Source: a bacterium
GTDB lineage: Bacteria; Bacillota_I; Bacilli_A; RFN20; CAG-826
Direction of reading: 5' to 3'
Assembly (NCBI GenBank): GCA_963619935.1
Contig: CAVEYA010000067.1
Location: 38-64,037, forward strand
Length of the DNA: 64,000 nt
Part shown: piece after piece, positions 1-9,544 of the stretch
Position numbering within the stretch: the first letter of the stretch is position 1
How the letters are laid out: every line of letters begins with the position of its first letter
Notes under the pieces: generated by a model
Databases searched by the model: none
What the model saw: the letters and a program-made list of their open reading frames with translations, nothing else
Told to the model about the DNA's origin: nothing
Program-made: the position numbers and the translations under genes

Positions 1-20
1 CAGGATCAAACTCTCAAAGT
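1..20 (-). rRNA. rrs: 16S rRNA, extreme 5' end (gene runs off the left edge of the window)
   Basis: Reverse complement of nt 1-23 is AAAACTTTGAGAGTTTGATCCTG, the universal bacterial 16S 5' terminus (GAGAGTTTGATCCTGGCTCAG). Confidence 0.75.
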
Positions 21-149
21 TTTATTCTAGTTCAAAAATAATTATCTGGTTTTGTTAAATTTAATAAATTGACGTTTTGTGTTTGTACATCTGTTTAGTT
101 TTCAAAGATCAGCTGCATGCTATTACTTTGTAATATTGAGTGTTTCTCA

Positions 150-310
150 ACACCGCATGCTCAGTTATACTATCACTTCCTTTTATATAGTGTCAACAAA
201 CTTTTTAATTTTTTTTAAAGTTTTTTTAACGCTTGGTTTGGAAGTGGTCAATGCGCTCTCACGCATTTGTTATATATTATAATTATGTATACGCGTGTGT
301 AAAGTCTTTT
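150..310 (-). promoter_or_regulatory. rrn promoter/leader region with candidate tandem promoters; best match TTTACA (298-303) - 16 nt - TATAAT (276-281); second TTGACA at 191-196
   Basis: Sigma-A-like hexamers on the minus strand upstream of the 16S start; AT-rich UP-like tract at 305-330; about 250 nt leader. Confidence 0.4.
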
Positions 311-324
311 TTTAATTTTTTTGA

Positions 325-360
325 AATAAAAAACCGCAAGCATTTTTTTACCTGCGGTTA
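325..360 (-). terminator. Rho-independent terminator downstream of the 371-1120 gene
   Basis: Hairpin CCGCAAG...CCTGCGG (333-358) followed by a T-run on the minus strand. Confidence 0.5.
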
Positions 361-370
361 TTTATTAGTT

Positions 371-1120
371 TTACTTCTTATTCCCAAAAATAATTAGCAC
401 CACTCTTAATATCCTTAAATATAAATATATAAAGTCATTATATAGCGTGAACGCGCAATATAAGGAAATATTTGGAGTGTCCAATCCTCTTTGGCAAATA
501 TTCTTAATATGAGCAATATCCCAAATGGTCATTAACATCATTGAAGCAAATAAAACGAGATTAATAATGAAGAACAACCACATTGCGACTTCTGGGTAAA
601 TAATAGATTCAATCCAGGCTACTAATGAAAGGATACCAGCTCCACCAACTAAACCAATTGCAGTAATAGCTAATCCATTCATTTTGCCTTTGCTTAATAA
701 ACCAATTAAAGCCATTAAACCAAATACTAATGAAGTAGCAAGGAATGTTGTGCCTAAAATTGTCCATGGTAAGCAGAAGCTTAATGAAGATAACATTGCC
801 CCCATTAATACCGCATAAATAATAGCAGGAACTAAAACGCTTTTATGTCCTCTTAATACACGATATTGAATAATAAGGGAAAAGATTAAGATAGCAACCG
901 CTGAACATATTAATGTAGCAATCAAAGCTGTAGATCCAGCAAGGTCTTGCTCGGCATCAAAAATAATGTATCTAAATAAAGCTCCAAGGCCTAACGCCAC
1001 AACAGCAGTGATTAATAACCCGGCGAACATGTAACCAAACACTTTTGCAATAGAAAGTGCGGTACTATCACTAGAGGAATGTTCTTGATTATAACCACCG
1101 TAAAATTCTGTTTCAGCCAT
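371..1120 (-). CDS. Bax-inhibitor-1/YccA family 7-TM membrane protein
   Basis: 249 aa, polytopic, soluble N-terminus then GYMFAGLLITAVV-type first helix typical of BI-1/YccA. Confidence 0.5.
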   Translation of the reverse strand: MAETEFYGGYNQEHSSSDSTALSIAKVFGYMFAGLLITAVVALGLGALFRYIIFDAEQDLAGSTALIATLICSAVAILIFSLIIQYRVLRGHKSVLVPAIIYAVLMGAMLSSLSFCLPWTILGTTFLATSLVFGLMALIGLLSKGKMNGLAITAIGLVGGAGILSLVAWIESIIYPEVAMWLFFIINLVLFASMMLMTIWDIAHIKNICQRGLDTPNISLYCAFTLYNDFIYLYLRILRVVLIIFGNKK

Positions 1121-1136
1121 AGTTTTTATTTCCTAA

Positions 1137-1892
1137 TTAAAGAATATTTGTTAATAAGCCTTCGTAAGAATCAATCTTTAAGGAAGCACCACCAACTAAT
1201 GCACCATCAATATTTGGGCAAGATAAGTAGGCTTTAACGTTTTCTGGTTTCACAGATCCACCATAAAGGATTCTAATCTTACTAGCGGCCTTACCAACTA
1301 CTTGTTTTAAAACCTTGCGGATGTATTTACAAACATCTTCGGCGATTTCAGTAGAAGCGTTTTTGCCAGTGCCGATGGACCAAACTGGTTCATAAGCAAT
1401 AACAATCTTTTTAGCGTCTTCTTCACTAACGCCTTCTAAGCCTTTGATAATTTGTTCAGAAACAACTTTTTTAGTTTCGCCAGCTTCAAATTGATCAAGA
1501 GTTTCACCAACACAGTAAACTGGGACCATTTCATTAGCTAATAAGGCTTTAATTTTTGCATTACATTTTTCGTTTGTTTCATTATCGTACGCTCTTCTTT
1601 CAGAGTGGCCAATGATAACCCATTTAATATTGAATTCTTTTAACATTGGAATACTCACTTCGCCAGTGAAAGCACCATGATCATTAAAATGAACATTTTG
1701 CGCAGCGACAATCATATTCTTAGATGAATATTTTTTAACTGTAGCAAGAGATAAATAAGTTGGGGCAACACCTAAGTCGATATGATTCTTTCTTGCTAAC
1801 GCGACTAAAGGTTTGGAAGCAATTGCAAATTCCTTGGCTTCAGAGGCCAATTTATTCATTTTCCAGTTGCCTAATAATAATTTTCTTCTCAT
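1137..1892 (-). CDS. tpiA: triosephosphate isomerase
   Basis: GNWKMN motif, IIGHSERR, YEPVWSIGTG. Likely true start is the internal ATG (MRRKLLLGNWKMN) at 1892; the longer ORF (to 1937) would overlap pgk. Confidence 0.9.
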   Translation of the reverse strand: MRRKLLLGNWKMNKLASEAKEFAIASKPLVALARKNHIDLGVAPTYLSLATVKKYSSKNMIVAAQNVHFNDHGAFTGEVSIPMLKEFNIKWVIIGHSERRAYDNETNEKCNAKIKALLANEMVPVYCVGETLDQFEAGETKKVVSEQIIKGLEGVSEEDAKKIVIAYEPVWSIGTGKNASTEIAEDVCKYIRKVLKQVVGKAASKIRILYGGSVKPENVKAYLSCPNIDGALVGGASLKIDSYEGLLTNIL

Positions 1893-1893
1893 A

Positions 1894-3144
1894 TTAACGT
1901 AACACATCAATGCCAGGTAAGTGGCCATTGTTTTCAATCATTTCTAATGAAGCACCACCGCCAGTAGAAACATGGGAGAAGTGTTTCACAAATCCAAATT
2001 GCTTAATAGCAGCAGCAGAATCACCACCACCACAAACGGTAAAGGCGTGAGGAATCTTAGTTACTGCTTCACAAATAGCAATTGTACCTTTTTGGAATTC
2101 TTCTTGTTCAAAGACACCCATTGGGCCATTCCAGAAAAGCATTTTAGCTTGACCAATTTCATTAGCGAACAATTCTCTAGTCTTTGGACCAATATCTAAG
2201 CCTTGGAATCCTTCTGGGACATCTACACCATTGAGGACTTGAATACTTGTTCTTTCAGCTGGATCAAATGCATCACCAACAACTGAATCGATTGGTAAAA
2301 CAATTCTACCATTTGCTTTAGATAAGCATTTTCTTGCGTAATCTAATTGATCATCTTCCACTGGTGAAGTACCTGTTGGATGGCCTAAAGCTTTTAAGAA
2401 TGTGAACGCCATCGCACCACCAATGAGGATTTTGTCACATTTTTCTAATAATGACTCAATAACTTTAATCTTATCAGAAACCTTTAAACCACCAAGAATA
2501 GCGATATAAGGTCTATCAGATTCTTTAACATCAACACAACGTGTTAAGTTTTCTACTTCTTTTTCCACTAAGTAGCCGACTGCCACTGGCTTGCCTTCTG
2601 CTTTTAAAACTTCTGGAATACCAAATGTGGAAGCATGGGCTCTATGAGCAGAACCAAAAGCATCCATCACATAAGCATCGCCTAATGATGCCCAGTATTT
2701 AGCTAAATCATGGCCCTTGCCTTCGCCTTCTTCTTTAGCAAAACCTTCTTCGCCTTTTTCATAACGAGTATTTTGGACTAATAAGACTTCACCATCTTTT
2801 AAAGCGGCAACAGCGTTTTCTAAAGCTTCACCACGGGTTTCAGGAACAAAGACAACAGTTTGATTTAATAATTCACCTAAACGTTTTGCGACTGGTTCTA
2901 AATTACCATCTTTAATTTGTTTAGCAAACTTTTCTGGATCTTCATCCTTTAATTTGTGTTTGATTTTGCCTAAGTGGCTGAACAAAATAACTTTTGCCCC
3001 TTTAGCAATTAATTCTTTGATTGTTGGAAGAGCGGATACGATACGATTATCATCTCTAATCTCTCCATTTTTGATTGGAACGTTAAAGTCAACACGAACG
3101 AGAACGCGTTTACCACTAACGTTTAATTCTTTAACTGTTAACAT
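1894..3144 (-). CDS. pgk: phosphoglycerate kinase
   Basis: 416 aa, RVDFNVP N-terminus, GGGDSAAA and GGGASLE motifs. Confidence 0.95.
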   Translation of the reverse strand: MLTVKELNVSGKRVLVRVDFNVPIKNGEIRDDNRIVSALPTIKELIAKGAKVILFSHLGKIKHKLKDEDPEKFAKQIKDGNLEPVAKRLGELLNQTVVFVPETRGEALENAVAALKDGEVLLVQNTRYEKGEEGFAKEEGEGKGHDLAKYWASLGDAYVMDAFGSAHRAHASTFGIPEVLKAEGKPVAVGYLVEKEVENLTRCVDVKESDRPYIAILGGLKVSDKIKVIESLLEKCDKILIGGAMAFTFLKALGHPTGTSPVEDDQLDYARKCLSKANGRIVLPIDSVVGDAFDPAERTSIQVLNGVDVPEGFQGLDIGPKTRELFANEIGQAKMLFWNGPMGVFEQEEFQKGTIAICEAVTKIPHAFTVCGGGDSAAAIKQFGFVKHFSHVSTGGGASLEMIENNGHLPGIDVLR

Positions 3145-3162
3145 AGTTAATCTCCTTTTTAT

Positions 3163-3196
3163 TTAAAATGGCACCCATGAAACTCACAGGTGCCAA
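3163..3196 (-). terminator. intra-operon hairpin (attenuator/terminator) between gap and pgk
   Basis: GGCACC(3170-3175)...GGTGCC(3189-3194) stem followed by a modest T-run in the minus orientation. Confidence 0.35.
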
Positions 3197-3226
3197 TTTT
3201 ATCTTATTTAGCGACCTACAATTAAC

Positions 3227-4300
3227 TTAGCAATTTTCGGCAAAGTATTTAATTGTACGGACCATTTGGCTGGTATAGGAGTTTTCATTGTCATACCAAG
3301 AGACAACTTGAACTTCATATAAGCCTTCAGCAATTTTACTGACCATTGTTTGTGTGGCGTCAAATAAGGAACCAAATCTCATACCGATAACATCGGAAGA
3401 AACGATTGGGTCTTCATTATAACCATAAGATTGGTTAGCAACACTCTTCATCTTAGCGTTGATCACTTCTGGAGTTAATTCACCATCAAATTTGACAACA
3501 GCAGTTAAGATTGTGGTTGAACCAGTTGGGACTGGAACACGTTGAGCAGAACCAATTAATTTACCATTTAATTCTGGGATAACTAAACCGATAGCTTTAG
3601 CGGCACCAGTGGAGTTTGGAACGATGTTGGCAGCGCCAGCACGTGCTCTACGTAAATCACCTTTTCTGTGTGGACCATCAAGAATCATTTGGTCACCAGT
3701 GTAAGCGTGAATTGTGCTCATAATACCAGATTGGATTGGAGCTAAATCATTTAATGCTTTGGCCATTGGGGCTAAGCAGTTTGTGGTACAAGAAGCAGCA
3801 GAGATAACTTGATCATCTTTGGTTAATGTGTGTTCATTAACACCATAGACGATAGTTGGTAAATCTTTTCCAGCAGGAGCGGAAATGATAACTTTCTTTG
3901 CGCCAGCTCTAATGTGAGCCATTGATTTTTCTTTAGAGCAGTAGAAGCCTGTACATTCAAGTACGACATCAACGCCTAATTCATTCCAAGGGAGTTCATC
4001 TGCTTTTGGTTTGGCGTAGATAGTAATTTCTTTACCATCAACTGTGATGCTGCCTGGTTCAAGAACTGTTTTACCATCTTCAGCTAAAACTGGTTCTTTA
4101 GAGGAAACGGTGTGTAAATTTTCACCGATGACACCAGCATAACCACCTTGAGCGGTATCATATTTTAATAAGTTAGCCAACATTTTTGGGGAAGTTAAAT
4201 CGTTAATCGCAACAATTTCATAACCTTCTGCACCAAACATTTGTCTAAATGCTAAACGACCAATACGGCCGAATCCGTTAATTGCAACTTTTACTGACAT
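3227..4300 (-). CDS. gap: glyceraldehyde-3-phosphate dehydrogenase
   Basis: [11 protein letters not shown]-binding motif, [10 protein letters not shown] active site. Confidence 0.95.
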   Translation of the reverse strand: MSVKVAINGFGRIGRLAFRQMFGAEGYEIVAINDLTSPKMLANLLKYDTAQGGYAGVIGENLHTVSSKEPVLAEDGKTVLEPGSITVDGKEITIYAKPKADELPWNELGVDVVLECTGFYCSKEKSMAHIRAGAKKVIISAPAGKDLPTIVYGVNEHTLTKDDQVISAASCTTNCLAPMAKALNDLAPIQSGIMSTIHAYTGDQMILDGPHRKGDLRRARAGAANIVPNSTGAAKAIGLVIPELNGKLIGSAQRVPVPTGSTTILTAVVKFDGELTPEVINAKMKSVANQSYGYNEDPIVSSDVIGMRFGSLFDATQTMVSKIAEGLYEVQVVSWYDNENSYTSQMVRTIKYFAENC

Positions 4301-4403
4301 ATAATATGTCCTCCTTTTGTTTGCGGGACTATTTTACACATACACGCGCCCAAAAAGCAAGTAAAACACATTAAATATGGTAAAATTTAAAAAAGAGCAT
4401 TCT

Positions 4404-4625
4404 TTATAAGGTTTGAATGCCCTTAAATAATTCTGCTAAAGTGATGCCTAAAGCCTTTGCGATTTTTTCCGCTACTTTAATCGTCGGATTTCTTGTTCCC
4501 CGCTCTAAATCGGAAATGTAATTCTTATTAATATCAGCTTCAAAAGCTAAATCTTCTTGTGACCACTTCTTCTGCATTCTTAAATAACGAATACGCATAC
4601 CTAGCTGTTTTTGTAAATTCATCAT
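4404..4625 (-). CDS. XRE-family helix-turn-helix transcriptional regulator
   Basis: 73 aa; LRMQKKWSQEDLAFEADINKNYISDLERG is a classic XRE HTH; 4-nt overlap with whiA. Confidence 0.8.
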   Translation of the reverse strand: MMNLQKQLGMRIRYLRMQKKWSQEDLAFEADINKNYISDLERGTRNPTIKVAEKIAKALGITLAELFKGIQTL

Positions 4626-5569
4626 AAAAAAGACTCCGCTAGTTGGTGAATTGCTCTAAATAAATGATTGATATTACTTTTAGTAATAGTTTTGTTCATT
4701 TTCTTGCTCATTAAATCTGCTAATTCATTTAAAGAAGCACTTTCATTTTCTATTCTTAACAAGCAAAGTTCACGCATCTTTTCATTACCCAAGTTTTTAA
4801 TTCCTAAATGTTTTTCAATTAATAATATTTCTTCCTTTTGTCTATGACCAGTTTCTACTGTTCTTTTCATATTAGCGGTGTCCATATTAGTTAAACGATT
4901 TGCGCTATTTTTAAAGTCACGATCAACACGATAATTTTCAAAATCCATACAGCAATTAACTGCACCAATCATAATTAAAAAATTAGCGATTTGATCACTC
5001 TTTTTAAAATAAATAATGTATTGTTCTCTTCTTTTAGAAATTTTAGGTTCGATATCACTATTGTGATATTTACCAAATAATTTTGCTAACCATTTTGCGT
5101 AGTTTTCACTATTTACGGCAATTTCTAAATGGTAATTGCTTGTCTTTGGTGAATTTACACTTCCACCCGCTAGAAAAGCACCAGCTAAATAGCCTGATAT
5201 CGTGTCATCATTACGGACAATCGTTTTGGAAATCTTTCCTTCCAAAAAAGAAATATCTAAATCTTCTAATATCTCATCACTATCTTCCATAAGAGTAATC
5301 GTATAACGTTTATTTTTATTGAGATTTTGTTTAGTGATATAAGATAATTCCACATTAGTCTTATATGTTTCTTTTATCGTTTGATAAATAAACTTTGCAA
5401 TCTTGGCATTTTCACTACTAAGAGTTAAATAACTCTTTTTTTGTTTAAAAACTAAACTACCATTGATGCGTACATAGGCAGCTAAAAGAGCCTTCAGGCG
5501 GTCACTAGAAGTATATTCATTTGCGCAAAGTTCTTCTTTGACATGTTGGGTAAAAGATATTTCTTTCAT
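4622..5569 (-). CDS. whiA: DNA-binding protein WhiA
   Basis: 315 aa; LAGLIDADG-like fold motifs (LAGAFLAGGSVNSP) and C-terminal HTH; rapZ neighbour. Confidence 0.85.
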   Translation of the reverse strand: MKEISFTQHVKEELCANEYTSSDRLKALLAAYVRINGSLVFKQKKSYLTLSSENAKIAKFIYQTIKETYKTNVELSYITKQNLNKNKRYTITLMEDSDEILEDLDISFLEGKISKTIVRNDDTISGYLAGAFLAGGSVNSPKTSNYHLEIAVNSENYAKWLAKLFGKYHNSDIEPKISKRREQYIIYFKKSDQIANFLIMIGAVNCCMDFENYRVDRDFKNSANRLTNMDTANMKRTVETGHRQKEEILLIEKHLGIKNLGNEKMRELCLLRIENESASLNELADLMSKKMNKTITKSNINHLFRAIHQLAESFL

Positions 5570-5570
5570 T

Positions 5571-6461
5571 TTATTTATCTTTATTCAATTCCAAACTATC
5601 ACGGTGAATCGTGATTGTTTTATATTTATCTCTATAGTGTTTACTTAAATAATCCGCCACAAAGACAGAACGGTGCTTACCACCACTACAGCATATACCA
5701 ATCATATAACTACCCCTTTTTGCGGATAACATAATTGGAATATATTTATCGAGATAATTAGTGATATTAGTCAGTAATTCCTTAGTAACATCAAAAGAAA
5801 GCATGTAATCAACGACTGGCTGGTCTAATCCAGATAAAGGAGCTAAAGAACTAACCCAATAAGGATTAGGAATCACTCTCACATCAAACATCATATCAAT
5901 CCCAGCGGGAATGCCATTTTTTAAACCGAATGACATAAAGGTTATTTTAGTCATTTCTTGTTCACCTTTATGTTCTAATTTACTATAAAGCAAAGTACGC
6001 AGTTCTTTAATTGTTAAACGTGTTGTGTCAATTTCAAAATCTGCGTCTTTTCTTAATTCGTTTGCAGCGTTAATATCTAAATCAATAGCCTTTTCTAAAG
6101 TTATTTCCGAAAGAATAGCTCTTGGATGTACATGACGAGATAAAACATATCTTTTTAAGATTTCGCTTTTTTGGGTTAATAAAAGAATTAATTTCACATC
6201 ATAACGTTTATCTTTTTTCGCAATTTCATAAGTTTCTTTCGCATTGCTTAAATCAGGCATTAAACAAAAACCTTGTTTCGCTTTGACATGGCTGAATGAA
6301 TCTAGTAATGCATTTACTGCACCGCTCGGTGCGTTATCAACAATATAATAACCCAATTCTTCAAAGACAAACTTACTACTTGAGATACCTGATCCAGATG
6401 GTCCAGTTAAGATAATTAATTTTTGCATATTAACTCCCTTATACACTTTTAAGTGTAACAA
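5571..6461 (-). CDS. rapZ: RNase adapter protein RapZ (YvcJ)
   Basis: P-loop GPSGSGIS near the N-terminus, about 295 aa, conserved position upstream of whiA. Confidence 0.85.
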   Translation of the reverse strand: MLHLKVYKGVNMQKLIILTGPSGSGISSSKFVFEELGYYIVDNAPSGAVNALLDSFSHVKAKQGFCLMPDLSNAKETYEIAKKDKRYDVKLILLLTQKSEILKRYVLSRHVHPRAILSEITLEKAIDLDINAANELRKDADFEIDTTRLTIKELRTLLYSKLEHKGEQEMTKITFMSFGLKNGIPAGIDMMFDVRVIPNPYWVSSLAPLSGLDQPVVDYMLSFDVTKELLTNITNYLDKYIPIMLSAKRGSYMIGICCSGGKHRSVFVADYLSKHYRDKYKTITIHRDSLELNKDK

Positions 6462-6482
6462 AAAAGGTACCTTATTGATACC

Positions 6483-7400
6483 TTATTTTTTACCTAATGC
6501 GTTGAGCACACTATTAGCAATCATCATTCCATCATGCTCTGCTAAATAGATTTGTCGAATATCTCTTGGTAAGACATCTCCACCCGCAAATAAGTTATGA
6601 CAACTTGTTTCATAAGTTTTATTCACTGGAATTGTACCCCATTCATTTAAAACATCAGGAATCTTCACAAATTGAGTGTTAGGGTTTTGCCCCACTAGTG
6701 GGAATAAGCCTTCAACATTTAAAGATCTTTTTTCTTCGGTTTCACGGTTTTGAATCACTAAACCAGTGACTTTGTCACTACCTAATATCTCTAATGGAAT
6801 ATAAGGGGTAATGATTTCGACATTGTCTTTTTCTTTTAATTCGTTCACAAGTTTGAGATTGCCCCTAAATTCATTACGACGGTGAATAACATATAGTTTA
6901 TGAACTAAATCAGATAAATAAATTGCTTCTTTTAAAGCGGAGTTACCACCACCGATAACGGCGACATCTTTATTTTTAAAGAAATGTCCATCACATATCG
7001 CGCAATATGATAAGCCATGTCCAAATAATTCTTCTTCTTTTGGTAAGCCTAGTTTTCTTTCATAAGTACCTGACGCAATAACCACTGTTTTAGCGTAGTA
7101 AGTATTGTTTTTACAAATTAAAGTAAAGATATCTCCATCTTTCGTTAAAGAAGTTACTTCATCCCCAATATATTCAATTTGAGCAGAATTTGCTCTTTCA
7201 AAGAATTCCACCGCTAAATCTGGACCACTTATAGGTGTGTGATGTGGGTAATTATCCACTCTTGGAGCAATATTAATTTTTCCTCCTGGTGTGCTTTTTT
7301 CAATAATTGCAACATTAACACCTGCTTCTTTGAGTTTAAGAGCAGTGCCAACCCCACAAGGGCCAAAGCCAATAATTAAGCATTCATATATTTTATTCAT
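6483..7400 (-). CDS. trxB: thioredoxin reductase (FAD/NAD(P)-binding, CxxC)
   Basis: IIGFGPCGVGTA FAD motif, CAICDG redox CxxC, VIGGGNSALKEA NADPH motif. Confidence 0.8.
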   Translation of the reverse strand: MNKIYECLIIGFGPCGVGTALKLKEAGVNVAIIEKSTPGGKINIAPRVDNYPHHTPISGPDLAVEFFERANSAQIEYIGDEVTSLTKDGDIFTLICKNNTYYAKTVVIASGTYERKLGLPKEEELFGHGLSYCAICDGHFFKNKDVAVIGGGNSALKEAIYLSDLVHKLYVIHRRNEFRGNLKLVNELKEKDNVEIITPYIPLEILGSDKVTGLVIQNRETEEKRSLNVEGLFPLVGQNPNTQFVKIPDVLNEWGTIPVNKTYETSCHNLFAGGDVLPRDIRQIYLAEHDGMMIANSVLNALGKK

Positions 7401-8040
7401 TGATTAATATCCCTTCTAATTCTTTGAAAGAATTGATTTTTAACGCTGGCTTTAATTTATCAGATAACTTTCTTGGTCCCCAATAAACTAAACCGCAGTC
7501 TATTCCGGCGTTATTCGCACTTATTAAATCTATTTCATTATCGCCAATATATAAAGTGTGATGCTTATTTTTTTCATTTAATAGTTTCATAGCTTTTAGC
7601 ATCGGTTCTTTATTTGGTTTACTATGTTTTACATCATCCACCGCCACAATCGCATCAAAAATACCATCTAGTCCAATTAAAGATAAACAGAATAAAGTGG
7701 ATTTATGGACTTTATTAGTCACAATGCCTAATTTAAATCCCGCTTTTTTTAACTTTAAAAGCACTTCTTTCGCATCTGGATATGCTTTTACTGTGCTTGG
7801 ATAAAGTTCGCCAGAGATGCGGCAAAATTCATTATAAATAAGCTCTTGTTTTTGACTAGGAAATTCATGATCTATCGTATCAAAAATTGGAGGACCACTG
7901 AAGTAGACTATTTTTTCTACTGGTGTTTGTTTTCCTCCGCGGTACAAATCGTAAAGTTTTTGAAATGTTTGAACAATCATTTCATCAGTGTCTGCGATTG
8001 TCCCATCTAAATCAAATAAAAGAGTTTTATATTTATTCAT
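7393..8040 (-). CDS. HAD-superfamily hydrolase (PpaX / phosphoglycolate phosphatase-like)
   Basis: FDLDGTIADTD motif I; GIVTNK motif; position downstream of lgt as in Bacillus lgt-yvoD-ppaX. Confidence 0.7.
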   Translation of the reverse strand: MNKYKTLLFDLDGTIADTDEMIVQTFQKLYDLYRGGKQTPVEKIVYFSGPPIFDTIDHEFPSQKQELIYNEFCRISGELYPSTVKAYPDAKEVLLKLKKAGFKLGIVTNKVHKSTLFCLSLIGLDGIFDAIVAVDDVKHSKPNKEPMLKAMKLLNEKNKHHTLYIGDNEIDLISANNAGIDCGLVYWGPRKLSDKLKPALKINSFKELEGILINE

Positions 8041-9544
8041 GCTGTCTTTTAAAAAGAGGAGGAACGGTGATTAATAAGCATAATAAGGCAGATACACCTA
8101 ACGCTAATAGGATGACACCAATATTAAATTTATTAAATGATAATGTCGCAACAAAAGTAGAAGCATTCATTAAGATAATTCCTGCCACTAATAAAGCTAC
8201 GCCAATTACAGATACACATATTGTTTGTGTAACTTTGTCTTTCTTTGCTTCTTGATCTAAAGTCTTTTTGCTTAATAAGAATCTAATTAAATGATTCATT
8301 GCAATCAATAAGAAGCCAACAACAACAAAGATTAAAGACCAAATCCATGACCAATAACCATTGCTTCCCATATTGAAGGAAGAATCTCTTAATGGCTCCA
8401 TTAATACACGTGTCATTCCATACCAGGCTATATAGCCAAAAGCTAAATCACCTAACTGTGTATATTTTCTTAATTTCACACCAAAGAGGTGCGCTAATAC
8501 AAAGTAGCCTAAGAAGTTTACAATACCTTCAATTAAGAATAACGGCACAAAGATATTTCCACTACTTGCCCATCCTTCAGTAGAAGAATATTGCATATTT
8601 TTCACAATCACATCAGGTAGCCAATCCCAATATTTTGCAGCCATTTCAATTCCGTGTACTTCACAGTTAAAGAAATTGCCCCATCTTCCAACACCTTGTG
8701 CGATTAAAATTGTTGGAACAATAATATCAATGGCTAAAAAGATGTTATATCCCTTATTTCGCCACATAAACCAAGCAACACCAACAACGATTCCGGTAAT
8801 CGCCCCACCTAAGATAGTTAATCCACCTTCCCAGAAGGCAAAAACATGCCAGAATTCTTGGTTAGCGAATTCTACATTCCAGTTTCCGATTACGTAGAAA
8901 ATACGCGCGCCAATGATTCCTGCTGGAAATGCGACAAAGAATGTCGATTCAATAATTCCGTGCTTACCATATTCTAAATAGAATTTGTGGTCGCAAAGTA
9001 AATAAACATATATCGCGCCAGAAATAATACATAATGCATAGAAAGCAATATTTGGACTTTCACTACTAGTTGGAGAAACAAAACCGTGTGTGAAATTAAT
9101 GCCATTTACTAATGGATACGTTAGATAATTTGCGAATCCATCAGTTAATAAGAATAAAAAGACAAACATGACCGGGAAAGTAAAAGCAAGCGTTCTAAAC
9201 ATCCATTTATCAGCCATTGGAGAAATGCCTTTATTTTCACCTTTCGCGTAGTAATGAAGCATAAAAGTAAATAAAGAAGTTGAAGCAAAAATAGCAAAGA
9301 ACAAACCACCAAAAATTGTGGATAATATTTCTCTTGTGTTAGGAGTGATTTTAGCCCACAAATAAATGAAGCAGAACATGCCCGTTAAAGAAATAGAAAA
9401 GACACCAATAACAATTAATAATCTTTTCCATAATTTATCAAAAGATGTACTTGGTATAGCTTGTTTAATAAAAGTAACGCACCATTTAATGCCAAGCACT
9501 AAGGCTATCAAAGCCAATAATGCACATAATATAAAGCCAATCAT
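8033..9544 (-). CDS. lgt: prolipoprotein diacylglyceryl transferase with long extra N-terminal membrane domain
   Basis: Lgt signature GRWGNFFNCE around residue 290; 503 aa versus about 280 typical. Confidence 0.85.
   Translation of the reverse strand: MIGFILCALLALIALVLGIKWCVTFIKQAIPSTSFDKLWKRLLIVIGVFSISLTGMFCFIYLWAKITPNTREILSTIFGGLFFAIFASTSLFTFMLHYYAKGENKGISPMADKWMFRTLAFTFPVMFVFLFLLTDGFANYLTYPLVNGINFTHGFVSPTSSESPNIAFYALCIISGAIYVYLLCDHKFYLEYGKHGIIESTFFVAFPAGIIGARIFYVIGNWNVEFANQEFWHVFAFWEGGLTILGGAITGIVVGVAWFMWRNKGYNIFLAIDIIVPTILIAQGVGRWGNFFNCEVHGIEMAAKYWDWLPDVIVKNMQYSSTEGWASSGNIFVPLFLIEGIVNFLGYFVLAHLFGVKLRKYTQLGDLAFGYIAWYGMTRVLMEPLRDSSFNMGSNGYWSWIWSLIFVVVGFLLIAMNHLIRFLLSKKTLDQEAKKDKVTQTICVSVIGVALLVAGIILMNASTFVATLSFNKFNIGVILLALGVSALLCLLITVPPLFKRQHE

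Noticed and set aside
79-282. 67-aa plus-strand ORF
   Set aside because: Lies in the rrn leader/promoter region on the wrong strand; no RBS; low-complexity translation.
1893-1937. Upstream extension of tpiA (and likewise rpsL to 39297, ABC ATPase to 33607, small membrane protein to 58893)
   Set aside because: Extensions lack an RBS and conserved residues, and some would overlap the upstream gene's coding sequence. Internal starts with RBSs match family N-termini.
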